Shown: positions 34,622 to 48,446 of the stretch, piece after piece
Position numbering within the stretch: position 1 is the first letter of the stretch
Layout of the letters: each line of letters begins with the position of its first letter
Assembly (NCBI RefSeq): GCF_009914755.1
Contig: NC_060942.1
Direction: 5' to 3' (one strand)
From: the human T2T-CHM13v2.0 reference genome, Homo sapiens
DNA length: 64,000 nt
Made by a program: the position numbers and the translations under genes
Notes under the pieces: generated by a model
What the model was told of the DNA's origin: nothing
Databases searched by the model: none
The model's input: only the letters and a program-made list of their open reading frames with translations

Positions 34622-34996
<375 letters not shown>

Positions 34997-34999
34997 TGT

Positions 35000-36260
35000 C
35001 CATTTATTTTTTAAAGTCAGGTTTACTGAGGTATAATTTGTATACTGTATAGTAAAATTCACCTTTTTGGGCTTTATGAATCTTGAATTATGCATACAGT
35101 TGTATAACTACCTGTCATAATGAAGATATAGAACACTTCCATTACTCAGAAAAGTTCCCTCATGCCTCTTTGCAGTCAATTCGATTGGTGCCCACACGCT
35201 GAGCCCTTGACAACCACAAATCTTTGTCTGTCCTTGTGGTATTACCTTTTCTCTAAGATAATAAACATGGGATAATTCAGTATGCAACCTTTTGATTTTG
35301 GCTATTTTCATTTAGCATAATTCACTTAAGAACTATTTATGTTTTATGTGTGTTAGTAGTTCATCCTTTTTTTATTGCTGACTAGTGTTTCATTGTGTGC
35401 ATTTTATACTTCATTGCTTTATGTATGCATATACCACAGTGTGCTTATCCATTTCCTAGCTGATACACCCATGGTGTGGTGGACAGACTCTAAGGTGACT
35501 CCTGTAATTCCTGCCTCCTGGTGTTTATGTATTTGATTCATCTTCCCCTCATAAGTGTGGATGGGATCTATGATTTGTTTCTAACCAATAGAATATAGCA
35601 AAGGTAATGCTACTCTCATGATTACGTTACCTTATATGAGACTGTTTTACCAGCAGACTCATTTTACACACTCTTTGCTGTGCAGATAAAGTAGAGGAAG
35701 TCCATTTGGTAAAGAGCTAAGGGTGGTCTCTAGAAGCTAAAGGCAGTCTTCAGCTAACAGGCAGAGAAAAACTAGTATCCTCAGTCATACAGAAGCAAGA
35801 CAATAAATTCTGTCAACAGTCTAAGTAAGCCTGGAATCAAATTCTTCCCCAGTCAAGCCTCCAAATGAGATTGCAGCCTAGCTAACACTTTGAGAACTGA
35901 AGCAGCTAAGCCATGACCAGACTTTAGATAATACATGTGCATTTTTTAAAGCCATGATATTTGTGTTAACTTGTTGTACAGCAATAGACAACGAATACAT
36001 TCTGGTAGTTTGCAGTTTTTAGTGATTAAAAATAAAGCTGCCATAAACATTTATATACAATAATAAGTAACAATAAGTATTGATCTGTATTTTTATTTCT
36101 TTTGGGTAAATACCTAAGAGTGCAGTTGCTGTATCATATGGTCAGTTTATGTTTAAGTGGATGCCAAACTGTTTTCCAAAGTGGCTGTTCCATTTTGTCT
36201 ATTTTACATCCTCCTATCCCCCAGAAATGTATGCATATTCTAATTGTTTTATCACATCTA
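35000..36260 (-). mobile_element. Old L1M 3' fragment interrupted by an MLT1 LTR
   Basis: tttactgaggtataatttgtatac...aagatatagaacacttccattact...tgccaaactgttttccaaagtggctg. Confidence 0.75.
35475..35999 (+). mobile_element. MLT1E/F-like MaLR LTR
   Basis: tgtggtggacagactctaagg...ctaaccaatagaatat...gcaatagacaacgaataca, with TG...CA termini. Confidence 0.8.
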
Positions 36261-36319
36261 TTGTACATTATTTTAACACTTGAGCTGGATGGATTCTGAG
36301 CTCCAGGGTTTTGTTGTTT

Positions 36320-36594
36320 TCTTTCTTTTCTTCATTTTTTTTTTTTATTTGGAGTGCAGTGGCACAGTCATGGCTCACTGCAGCCTCGACCTCCTAGGCT
36401 CCGTCTTCCCACCTCAGCCTGCCGAATAGCTGGGGCCACAGGCATGTCACCACACCCAGCTATTTTTTATTTTTTGTAGAAACAGGGTCTACTTATGTTG
36501 CTCACGCTAGTCTTGATCTCCTGGGCTCAAGTGATCCTCTTGCTTTGACCTCACAAAATGTTGGAATTACAGGCATGAACCACCATGCCTGGCT
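36320..36594 (-). mobile_element. AluJ element
   Basis: gctcactgcagcctcgacctcctaggctc and ctcctgggctcaagtgatcctc are AluJ motifs. Confidence 0.9.
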
Positions 36595-36804
36595 TGTTTT
36601 GTTCTTTTGTATTTTCTATCTTCTGGGCCTGGTGTTTGACTCATGCTCATAGGCTGTTAAAAGTTGGGAATGAATAAATTCAATGAATTAATCTAAACAC
36701 TTTACTTTTATAAGCACTCCAAGGGCCTTTTATCTTTTATCTTCAGGATGCAAGGGTCAGAGACACAGCACTTCTGACTTTTCTTTATGTCTCTATTCTC
36801 TATA

Positions 36805-37105
36805 GGAGTCATTTTTAAATGTGATTGCACATTGGAATCACCTGGAGAGCTTTTAGAAATTCGTGATGCTTAGTTTGCTACCTGTACCAATTAAATAAGA
36901 ATCTACAGGGAGAAGACCCAGAAAAAGATTTTCTTGTTCTTTTAAAGTCACCTGGTTGGGGGGATTAAACAACACAGTCAGTGATGCCTGGGTCACACTC
37001 CTGTAAATGATGAGGCAATTGGTCTGGGTGTGGCCTGGGCAGCCAGGCTTTCCAAAGCTCGTCAGGAAATTCTAATGGGCAGCCAAGTTTTCGATCCGCA
37101 GCCCT
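36805..37105. mobile_element. Two adjacent MER5-family fragments
   Basis: tgcacattggaatcacctggagagcttttagaaa and aattggtctgggtgtggcctgggc...aaagctc...ttctaatgggcagccaag. Confidence 0.65.
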
Positions 37106-40100
37106 AGTAGTGGCTTCATTATGTGGTTCACAGAACAGCTCTTTAGCAACGGGAAAATCTATGGCAGTAGCAGAGTCACACCTTCAAGGCTGCACTGGAA
37201 GCAGATGGGGAAATCTGCAATTCAGATAATATGACCTTATTTTGCAGGCTGTGGAACATGGTACTAATTACACTTGTCTGATGCAAAAATGTCAGTTATA
37301 CACCTGCCCTCAGTTTTTTCCTCCCACAGCCTGTATCATAACCCTGGTTATGGTTCTCAGGGATCCATAGGTTGGCAAATATGAAGTGGGCCCCAGATGC
37401 TAAAAGATGGGAGCTAGGAAGCTGTTGACAGAAGCACCCCACACCTTTCATCGCTCTCGTCCTTAGCTCTGACTTTGGTAAGGAAGGCGGCGACTCTACT
37501 GCTTGTTGCTGCCTCTGTTTTGACTTTAGGAATTAATGGTGTTTCTTTGCTTAACTTACAGCAATTAATAATGTTTACACTGGTGGGGAAAATTAATGCT
37601 GTTGCATTGTTAAGAAACACACAGTAAGGATAAAAAATATTTAGGTTAGTAATCCAGAATGTATCTTCTGATGAGTTTGACTTGCCCCCTTTTAGCTGAT
37701 TTTATGCATGGTTGCTTCCCAAGACTGCTTAGTGGGCTAAAGCTGACAGAAACAAACCAAAAATTATGACCACATTACTAAGGCATGGCACAGCTGCAAA
37801 ACAGACAGAATGTAATAGTGAAGCAAACCCATGGGGGAACTTTTTGCCCTGAGCATTCAGACTGGGCATCCCTCTGTAATTTGCCTCTTGAGCATCTTAG
37901 CATCAATTTCTTTGTACTTAAACCCACTCCTATGACTCAGCAACTGTGGTTTTATTACTTGGTTTCTCTGCAATTGTTGTTCTTTCTTGAATCAACCCAG
38001 GGTCTCTGATCTGTCTCTGATACTTCATTTTGCAACACCCAAAGGTCTTGTCGATGTTACTGTTGGGTAAACACTTATAAAACAATTTTATAAGAGAATC
38101 CGTTAACAACCCAGGATTTCTGTTGTAAACAGGTGGACTATATTCTTCTTGCCTATAACTTACTCTACTGCTTCTAACAGCCCACCCAAGTGATAGTCTT
38201 TTTGAAGTGGAGTTGCATCAATCAAATCCCAATGGCCTCATCAAACACACGTTTGCTTAACACTCATGCTCCCTGTTGGTTGGCTGGGGGCTCTGCTTTG
38301 ATGTATCTGCCCCTACACCCAGGGAAATGGAGCAGCCACGGTCTATAATATTGTCAGTAGCAGTGGCAGAGGAAGAAAGTGCAGAAAATGATGGGCCAGC
38401 TCTGTTGTCACTTCGCACATTTCGCTGGCTAAAGCATGCCATAAGAGCATGCCTAATTCCAAGAGGGTAGAGACATGTAAACCTACCTATGCCCAAAAGG
38501 AGAAATGGAGATATTCAAGGAACACAGGTAATCCTCTATGGGGTATTATAATAGTTTACCAAGGAAAACACTAAGAATTACACATAAAAATGGCTATAAG
38601 GAGAAATATGCACATTTCTGAAGGCAGCACTCTAAAATGAGAGACCGTTAAAGATGACTTTGGGGTTAACTAGGTAAGTGTGTGTGTGTGACTTTGGGAC
38701 TAGAGTCCTAAATACTTAGGGTCCATATTAGAAGTCTGTCTATATAATTAACACTCATTTAGAGTCAAACAAAAAGTAATACTGCTGGATGCCATCAAAA
38801 AGACAAGTTTAAAACCCTCGCATGATAGAAGAAGTAATTAGAGTCCTGAGAGGGGAAGGAGTTTTTTTCCCAGGGTCACACAGTGAGCAAGAGATAGAAC
38901 TGAAAATATACCCTGGTTCTGATTCAGGGTCTAGTGGTCTTTGTGTTGTATAGTATTGTTTGTCTTAATCTATTGATTCCTAAGAAAGTTTGAAAAATCA
39001 GATTCTCTTTCCTGATAGCAGCTGTGGATTCAGAATAGGTGAACTTTGAACAGGTTTGCTTCCAAGTGTTCGGAATCTGCTCTTAGGCCGAAGATACTAT
39101 GCAGCTCCTAATAGGATTTAGATTTCATTGCTTATGGCTCTTAAATACTAATTTATGGCACGGAACTTTTTCAAAGTTTTGGTTTAGTGGATTGGTTGGT
39201 TTTGATCAATATTGCAGTAATGCCTTGTAACAATATAGGTTCGGAGTATATTATATGCCAGCTTGTGGGGAAATTAATTATTTTTTTCAGGGGAAATGAA
39301 TTTACCCCAATTCAAAGATAGGATTAGTCGGGCTTGGCAGGCTAAATTGAATCAGACAGTTATATAGCATCAGATGTTCCTGGCATTGACCTTTTTAATG
39401 AGAAATGGACCTATTAGATCTGTTTTACTCTGCTGTGAAATATTTTATGAATTTGAACAGAGCTTTCCATCATTTAGATACATATCAGGATCTGGGGATG
39501 GGTCAGGCTGAGACCATGTAAAATTAGCTTTTGCTGGCCTGGCCAGGTGGAATATGTTTAATTTGTTAACTTGCTGACCCTCTTTCTTTTCTAAGACAAA
39601 AGACTCAAAAGACCTGACACTAGTGAATATCTTTTATAAAGAGAAGAATAAAACCAAAGCAGTGTAGCAGAAGTTCTTTGGGAAAATCTCATGAAGTATA
39701 CAGCCTCTCCTGCTAGGGGAGGACAAGGCATCTGGGTCTCTTGGCTTTCCCGTCACATCCACAACTCCTGTCCTTAAATGCAGCTTCGGGGCCCTGACAA
39801 CTGGAGTTGACTAGTTAAGTGGATCTTAAGTTCCATCTTTAAAATCACCCAGCTGTTCTCTCTTCTCCAAAATAAAATCAACCCAGCTGGTGGGTGGGAG
39901 TTTCCCTGCTGTGACCCAGGAAGCTGAGGCCTAAAGACAGGTATGGATGGGAGAAGTGGAGGGGAAGAGGGGATCAGGGATGCGGAGGCAGGTGATGCAT
40001 CTCCCAGAATCAACTTTCTCTTGGTCCACTGAAGCACTGGGGGGTCAGGCTGCCCATGGAGGGAGGGAGCTGAGTGGTTATGTGGAAAGGAGGCTTATTA

Positions 40101-43100
40101 CTTGCTGTGCTCTGCAGACAGGTAGGAGTGGAGGGCCAAGGAACAATGAGATCATCGAATGTTAAAGCTGGAAGGGGGTCTTTGAAATTGAGTCTAATCA
40201 TTTTAGACATGATAAAGCTGGAGTCCACAGGCTGACATGCTAGGCCCATGGTCACATAACTAGTGGAAGTCCACTTACGCTGACTCCAGTGAGAACTCTT
40301 TGTCCCATACCTCCTGAAGCAGCAGGGTACGGATAGATATGGCCTAGAGCCTGGTGTTAAATTCCTTTTGGTGTCATTGGGAAGACTGTATAAGAAACAT
40401 AGTATAGTGTCTATAAGAACAAAAATTCATGTCTGCAATACCACTGAATATGCTGAATGCACCTGAGCATGTCATTTAAACTGTTTCTTTGGTGCCACTT
40501 CTGTAGGATATTTAATATTCACACACGGATGTAAGTAGTAAAGAATATAATTAAATATAAAAGTTTAATATTCAGTGAATGTATGCCCAAGGCCCTGGGG
40601 ATGGGAGAGGGGGAAAAACTAGAATGTGCCCTGATCCTCTCTTCAATACAGCTGCCCACAGATCAGAGGCAGAACACCGATGTTCTACTGAGGCATTTAC
40701 CCTCCCTCTAGACAGGATCCCTCCCTGGCCTCCCATACTTGGGATTTTTTATTTTAGATGTGGCCTCAACATATCCATTTGGAATACCCTCATCCTACCT
40801 TGACCCAAGACCTTGACAAAGAAATTTACTTTTCTAGGCTCTTTGAATAATCCAAGGCACCAGTGTAGCTCCACTAATATAGTCATCAGTGTCAGAAGGT
40901 GAGGGTGAGAGAAGAGATGGCTGCTATACCTTGTCCTCCCCTTTCCAAGGTGACAAGTGATTTAGCAGGTACCTTCGTGGTCTAAGCCAAATAGATAAAT
41001 GACAGCAATGGATTACTATGTCTCGAGTACTCGAATGATCTCTGGAGGATTCCTGCACAGATTCAAATGGGCTCCCCTCTCTCTCTCCAAACATCATGCA
41101 GACTGGTCCAAGTTGTCCAGGAAACCTGGCTTTTATTACTCACTCTGCCACTACTATGTGATCTTGGAGGAGAACATACATCTCTGAATTCCATTTTCTC
41201 TATCTACAATGGAGACGCTTGTTCTGTATGTTTCACAAGATGGTTGTGAGGATGCAATGATGTAAAGCACGTGGAAGTGCTATGATAGAGAACAGCACAT
41301 CTGAAGTATCTATCATGAATACTGGTGAGAGAATGTGGCTCACCCATGGGTTGACACAGATGTTGAATGATGGGAGTTAACAGAATAAGCCTTATTGTAA
41401 ATTGGTAGTTATTTCCTCAGGGGCATTTCTAGGTGGGGAATGCCCTTAGAACCTGTAATGCAGGTGAGGGAAAGGACCAGAAAAGCAGGTTGAACAGTGT
41501 TAAGAATTCCTTTTCTTTTTCTCTCTGCTCCTCGTTCCCTCACTTCCCTCTTGTACTCACCCATTTCTACTTCTGTCATGGTTTTCCCCTTTCTCTCTCC
41601 CTCCAGAGGCTTTTTCAACGTCAGTTATTGCCTCTGTCAAGTTGCCCAGGAGGGCTGGCCTGTGAACCTCAGGTGATTGTCAGGTATTCCAAATGGATAT
41701 GTTGAGGCTATATCTAAATAGAGAATCACCTGTGAGCCTCAGGTGATTGCCTGCTTGTCTAATGGTCTTGCCCACACACTTGCTAGGAGCGAGCTGCATA
41801 CCATTGAGTGGGGGTCAGAACACAATTAACCTGCTGCCCCATGCTGAGGAGTCGAAACTCCTCTGTGTCTCATACAAACTGCCCTGTTCTGATCCTGGCA
41901 AACAAACTGGGGCCACCAGCCAGCTGTGCATTTGGAGAAGCAGTTGGCCCAAGTCTGCATTCATCTGGATCCTGTGCCTGTGCACATGTGCCAGAGAGTC
42001 CCTTTCTCATAGAGGGGCTTGACCTATTCAAGATTTCTCTGGCCAGAGAAACTTCTGACTAAAGTTACTAAAAAATGCCAAAGTCTAATAAAGGCTATTT
42101 TGGGGGACATTGCCAGTAACTCCCAGGCTGGGGCCACGTAGGTGGTGATGCAGGAAACTCTGAAGTTGAGGTTAGAGGAGTATGTTCCCCTGGCATTTGA
42201 AGAAGGGGTGTAGAAATGAGCCTTTCTTCATGGGAAGAAGCATCATGGCTGGTCATGGTGTTTTGATGAAGTACAGCTGCAAGGGCCTCTGGGGCACTGC
42301 GGGACCCCCACAGAGGAACTATTTTTGGATGTCTTCTCAGGAGGAGGGCAGAGCAGGGGAGCAGCTTTGATTCAGCTTCTGGCAGGCAAATTCTGGCTGT
42401 AGTCAGACAGGCCTCAGTTCTACAGGCTTTTTTTCCTCCCAAACTTAAAGAACTTCCAATTTGGTGCGGTTTTGCCATGGGATCCCATATTGAAACAAAA
42501 CAAAAACAAAAACAAAACTGGAAAACAAGCAAACAGCAGCCAAACTCTGCATTTCAACCTAGGGTTATGAGACCGTTACTTTATTCTGTAATGCATTTGT
42601 TCTTTATCCATCACATATTTGAGTGCTAAGATGTATCAGGCATAGTATTATATAAATAAACCAGTACCTCTTGTCCTTGATCTCACAAAGAATATAGCAC
42701 AGGGGGAAGCTCACATGTAGTCCAGGAGACATTCAAGTGAGAACCAACAAGTCAATACCTTGGGCAAAGGCACTCTGATTTAAGAACAGGGGTCAGGTAT
42801 AAGATGCACATTTGAAACACTGTATTCTGCTCAACTTTTATAACGTAAAGTACACCCTCCCCACCTCCTGCCAGGAGGATCACTGAATTTGCTTTAGTAA
42901 ACAGATTACTTTTAACTAACTCATCACAGTATGGTGAAGATATACAGGAATAAAAATTTTTCAGTCTTGACAAGCCATCCTCACTTTTCTGAGCTCAAGG
43001 GGCGGGACTGAGGCGACTTGAAGGGAGATGCTTTCTGTTACAGAGCGCTGTGAGAGGGAGAGCAATGTGTCATTCCATCCCAGCCATGGCAAAGCAGGAG

Positions 43101-44557
43101 GCAAGTGTGTGGATGTGAGTTTGCACATCCAACAGAAAGCAGATGGTCCTGAGGTAGTCCTGTGGAAGGGTGCTCTGAGCTGGTTACAAACCTGACTCAC
43201 AAAGAGTAAATCTGTCTGCTTACAAGGATGACTCTGCAGCTTCAGATCCCCCAGCCTCGGTGTTGGCCCAGGCAGAAGTGCCACTGAATCATCAATCACT
43301 CCAAAGAAGTCTGCTCTAGCCATCTGTCTAGGAGGGAGGTCTGGTCATATATCTTACTCTGAATTCTTGGGTACCCAGAAATATGAAGGCAAATCAAATC
43401 TTCCAACTTTTAGGAAATGGCCAGGTAAGATAAGGAAGCCACGAGAGCTGTTGAGGCAGTGGACATCAGCCACTCCCTACCATGTGAGGGACATCGACCA
43501 CTCTCTATCATGTGAGGGAAGTTCTTTTCTCTCCCTTCTGCTCCTGCTCTATCCTGGGAGTAGCATCTCTGGATTCTGCATGGTACATTGGGAGATCCAT
43601 GGAGAAAATCAGCTTCCCAGGTCCTGCTCTGTACAAGACTGAAGGGATATGATGCCCTGATAGTGTCCATCTTCCTATAGATTCTCAGATCCTCACATCT
43701 GCAAGTGGCTCTGACAGCAGGATGAAAGGCTCCTTACCATGTATTTCTTGGCCCAGAATTTCATGCAGTGAACTAAGACCCAAATGACCACCAGGGCAGC
43801 TTTACACCTGAAATATAGTCGCAGCGTAAGGAAGAGAGGGGAAACACTTGTCTTTCTCACTGAAGGGCAGAGAGAGGCTGATTATCAGTATATGCATGGG
43901 CTTCGTGTGGTTAAGCTTGCTGAGTAAAGAACTATCCATGCTGCCAGGTCCAGGGCCATCCCCCAGTTGGCTGAGTCCTGGAAATGAAGCTTTCTGATGG
44001 CTACAGACATCCCATCTGGACTCTGAAGCAATTTCAACAGCATCACTTATAAGTTATGCTTAACAGGATATGGCACAAAGGGATTTCTGCTAGTCAGAGC
44101 CCTGGCTGGAGTCAGGCACTATTGCCTGAGCCTGTGCCTCTCACTACACTTGATTCTGCAGAACTGTTACTCTGAGAAGTGACAGCAGGAACCCAAACAA
44201 CTGCTCAGTGTGATCCCAAGTGTGGGAACTGGGAGCAGGAGATAGCTTTAAAGACCTATGAGCCAGCAATGGGACTTGTGCCACCCTGCTACCAAACTCC
44301 AACAGCAGCCAGCCTACCCTCAGTCTAGAATAAGCAGATACGAAAAATTCCTTTTGAACAAAGTGGTGAGGCATTGGTTACAGTCAACATCATTAGGCCC
44401 CACGTCTGTCTCACTTTGCTGTCCATGTTCAAAGGTACTCATCATTTCAACTCAAGGAAAATTTATATAGGACCAACTATGTCCTAAGAACTGCCTGAGT
44501 GAACAAGACATACCCTCTGAAAACAGGACCCTGTAGTCCATCTGTTTCCTGATTCTA

Positions 44558-44881
44558 TTTTTTTTTTTTTTTTTTTTTTTTGAGATGGAGTCTCACTGTC
44601 ACCCAGGCTGGAGTGCAGTGGCATGATCTGAGCTGACTGCAACCTCCACCTCCCAGGTTCAAGTGATTCTCGTGCCTCTGCCTCCCTAGTAGCTGGGATT
44701 ACAGGTGTGTGCCACCATGCCCAGCTAATTTTTTTGTTGTTGTTTTTGTTTTTGGTATTTTTAGTAGAGATGGGGTTTCACCATGTTGGACAGGCTGGTC
44801 TTGAACTCCTGACCTCTGGTTATCTGCCTGCCTCAGCCTCCCAAAGTGCTGGGATTACAGGCTTGAGCCACCATGCCTGGC
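44558..44881 (-). mobile_element. AluS element
   Basis: Antisense Alu with expanded middle linker. TSD tgattctat(t/c)ttt on both sides. Confidence 0.95.
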
Positions 44882-45602
44882 TGATTCTATCTTTAAAAGG
44901 CCCCATTCTATGAGTAATCTCCATTCAGGAAAGGTGTTCATGGCAATTTTTTCACTGGGAAATCTAAGGTGGTCTTGGCACTGATAGAGGCTCTTTTATT
45001 CTCTTGCCCACTTCTTTCTGCCCAGCGTGTTTCCATGTTCTGTTTTCTTACTGCCTAACTGGAACTTTGACCTTAAAATTTGTCATGACTCTTAGTATTT
45101 ATATCCTGATTCATGTTGGTTCACGTGTTTTCATTGTTGTTTTTGAAGTTTTACTTAGATCATTATTTCAAGTAATTATGTAAAAATACTTCTGACAGAC
45201 AGGAATATGTAACAGGCACATGTTCTATTAAGTATTAACACTTATGTTCGCTTCACTTATTTTTTTAATAGATTAATCATTACAGAGTTGAAACTCTCTG
45301 TATCCACCTGAATTTTGAACTGCTTGCACTGAAAACTAACGTGTAATGTAATAGACAAACAGCAGGGTGCCCAAGCCTCCCTCGTGGAAAGGGAGGCAAG
45401 AGGCCTTACTTAGTCTGGAGTTTCTGGATTCGGCTCTCAGGAAATTTCTCCCTTGTTCATTTTCCTTTAGTGGTCATGCTTTGAAGGGAACACAGAGTAT
45501 GATTCTACTTTGTAATTTTAAGACAAAAGGATACATATCTAATAAACAATGTTTCATTTCAAACAAGATGATTCTAGAGATCAAAATTAGTCATTGAAGT
45601 AA

Positions 45603-45925
<323 letters not shown>

Positions 45926-45949
45926 ATGGCCTCTTTTAATTTTTAAAAA

Positions 45950-46180
45950 ATATGTATCTGATTGAGTGCTATGTGCCAGTCATTGTTCTGAGTTCAACGT
46001 GCAATCTCTCATTTAATTACCACAATGTCTCTTTGAGGGAGGTATGGTATTAATGCCATTTTACAAATGAAGAAACTACAGAATACAGATGTTATTTGCC
46101 AAAGCCCCACATTTAGGAAGTGGTGGGCTAGGATTCAGTCCAGGCATTCTGCTGCCAACAGAGACTGTAACCATTAACCA
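45950..46180. mobile_element. MIR SINE
   Basis: attgagtgctatgtgccag...ccattttacaaatgaagaaact...ggattcagtccaggca is the MIR core. Confidence 0.75.
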
Positions 46181-46310
46181 GAACTGTGTGTCTTTGAATA
46201 TACGCATCTGAGTCATTCTCCACACCCTGGTGTGATTTGATGGGTTCAGTGAAGGTCGCCTGCCCATATCTTTCTTTCTTCTGCAAGTGCCATCATGCTT
46301 CAAATCCCTC

Positions 46311-46740
46311 TGTATTTATGTTATAGGCCTCCATAACAAATTACTATAGTCTTATTGACTTAAAACTACAAATATGTATTCTTTCACAGTTCTGGAAGGT
46401 AGAAGTTCCAAATCAAGGTGCTGGTATGTCTATACTCCCTCTGAAGGCTCTAGTGAAGAATCATTCCTTGCCTTTTCCAGCTTCTGATGTCTCCAGGTGT
46501 AGCTTGGTTTGTGGCAGCATCACTCCAATTTCTGACCCTTTTCAGATGGCTCTATTCTGTCTCCTCTCACCTTCTTGTAAGGATACCAGTAATTGGATTT
46601 AAGGACAACTTATAATTCAGGATGAATTTATCTTGAGATCCTTAACTGATTACACCCGCAAATACCTTATTTACAAATATGGCCACTCTCTGAAGTTTCA
46701 AGTGGATGTGAATTTTGGAGCACACTATTCAACCCATGTA
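46311..46740 (-). mobile_element. MLT1 (MLT1B-like) MaLR LTR
   Basis: ccataacaaattact...ttcacagttctggaagg...aaatcaaggtg...cactattcaaccc. Confidence 0.8.
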
Positions 46741-47899
46741 TCCACCACTTAAGATTTATTCTTTAGGGTTCAGGATTAATTTTTCTAGACTCCTCTTTTA
46801 ACAATCCAATGTACCTAGGGAAGACATTTTGTGCATGTGTTTTGGGGCTGTTTCCTGGAATAATGGCAACCTAGAAATCCCAAAAGAATGCTAAAAATGA
46901 AGATGAGACACAGAAAAGGCAGATGGGAGGAAGAAATAGCGCACAAATTTTAATTAATTTGTAGTTTGGAGAAGGGTATTACTGAATATATTCTACTGAG
47001 AAGCTTTCACAGAAGGGGATAGAAGCAGTTAACCACCCAGTGAAAAAATCTACCTTCCAGTTTGCTAACATGAGCTCTAAATTGCGTTCAGGCCTGCATA
47101 ATTTTTTGAAACCGTATTCAGAAGTACATATTGTAAATCTCACTTGCAACAATAAAAACAATTTCTAATTGCATAGAAAGCAAATGGCACCAGCAAAGCA
47201 TTTCATGATTGTGAAATCCAGTGCCCCCTCATTTTCTAGAACGTGTAAACTGTCTCTGTTACTTTTAAACCCAAAAATGTCAGTTTTGATGAATCCATCT
47301 GGCCCTCTCCATGAATATTTTTGTGGAGCATTTTAGGAAAAGAGCTGCTGGGTGACTAAGGATAGTATTGAACATGAGACTAAAACCATTTTCCACCAAA
47401 ATCTCTGTGACTGTAGGCCAGCCTTTCATGTCTCATTGCCTCAGTCTTTCTGTGAGTCAGTTACCTCCCAGGGATCCTGTGAGTATTTCAGATACATATT
47501 TAGACAAAAGCAGGAAACCTCAATGCCAAGAGCATGTGGTGAGCTCTGTGTGTAATTGTGTGCCTCTAACTGCTATGTGAGTGGAGGTGGGATGTGTTAC
47601 CATCTCTCTAAACAGGCGGGGCTTCATAAATCTCAAAGGAACAGGTCCTGTGTACAAAACAAACCCAGTGTTTTCATCCCCATGTCACAGAAGAAGAGCA
47701 TCCATAGTAGCACCTAAAAATGTTAAACTTAAAAAGTACCACATTAAGTTTGCAAGTGTCATGAACTTCCCAATTGCAACATGAAAATGCACAGAGAGTG
47801 GAATGACTTGCTCAAAGTCAATGCTTTAGGATGTCATGTTACTAACTAAAACTGAAAGACTTGTGTTAAAATGTTTATTCAGCCAGCATCCAGTTAAGT

Positions 47900-48440
47900 G
47901 TTCTGCCTGCAAAATAAATCCAGAATCTAACCCACCTCCCACTGCCTCCACCACTACTGGCCTATTCTAGGCCATCATAAGCTTCTGTGCTTAGAGTCCT
48001 GCAATGGCTTTTCACCTCACCTAGAACAAAACCAAAGTCTATGGAGCAGTCTGCAATGTCCTATGCAATCTCATCTCCTCCCCTACCTTTTCCTGCCCTT
48101 TTCACTCCAGTCTAGCCATGCTTGCCTAATTTCCATTATTTGAAAGCACAAAAATGCTTTCTTCTCACAGCCTTTGTGCTTTCCATTCCCTCTGACTGTT
48201 GTACTCTTTTCTAGGCAGCCACGGGTCTTCCTTCACCGCTCTATATAAACTAGTACCTTCTACATCATTAATCTTCATCCTCTTACCCTAGGTCATTTTT
48301 ATCAGTAGCATTTAGCCCCTCAGGACAGAATACATACTTTTTTTTTTTTCAACGTCTGTCTCCACAAGAATGTAAGCTTCATGAAGCGAGTCTAGAACTT
48401 CTTCTCACCATCCTATCTCCAGTACCTAGAAAAGTGCCTA
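47900..48440 (+). mobile_element. L2 3' region
   Basis: aaatccagaatctaacccac...caatggcttttcacctcac...gcctttgtgct...aatgtaagcttcatgaag...ccagtacctagaaaagtgcct. Confidence 0.75.
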
Positions 48441-48446
48441 TGATCT

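Noticed and set aside
42095-43670. Several 90-145 aa ORFs in unique sequence
   Set aside because: No recognisable domain and no convincing splice-site frame; consistent with chance ORFs.
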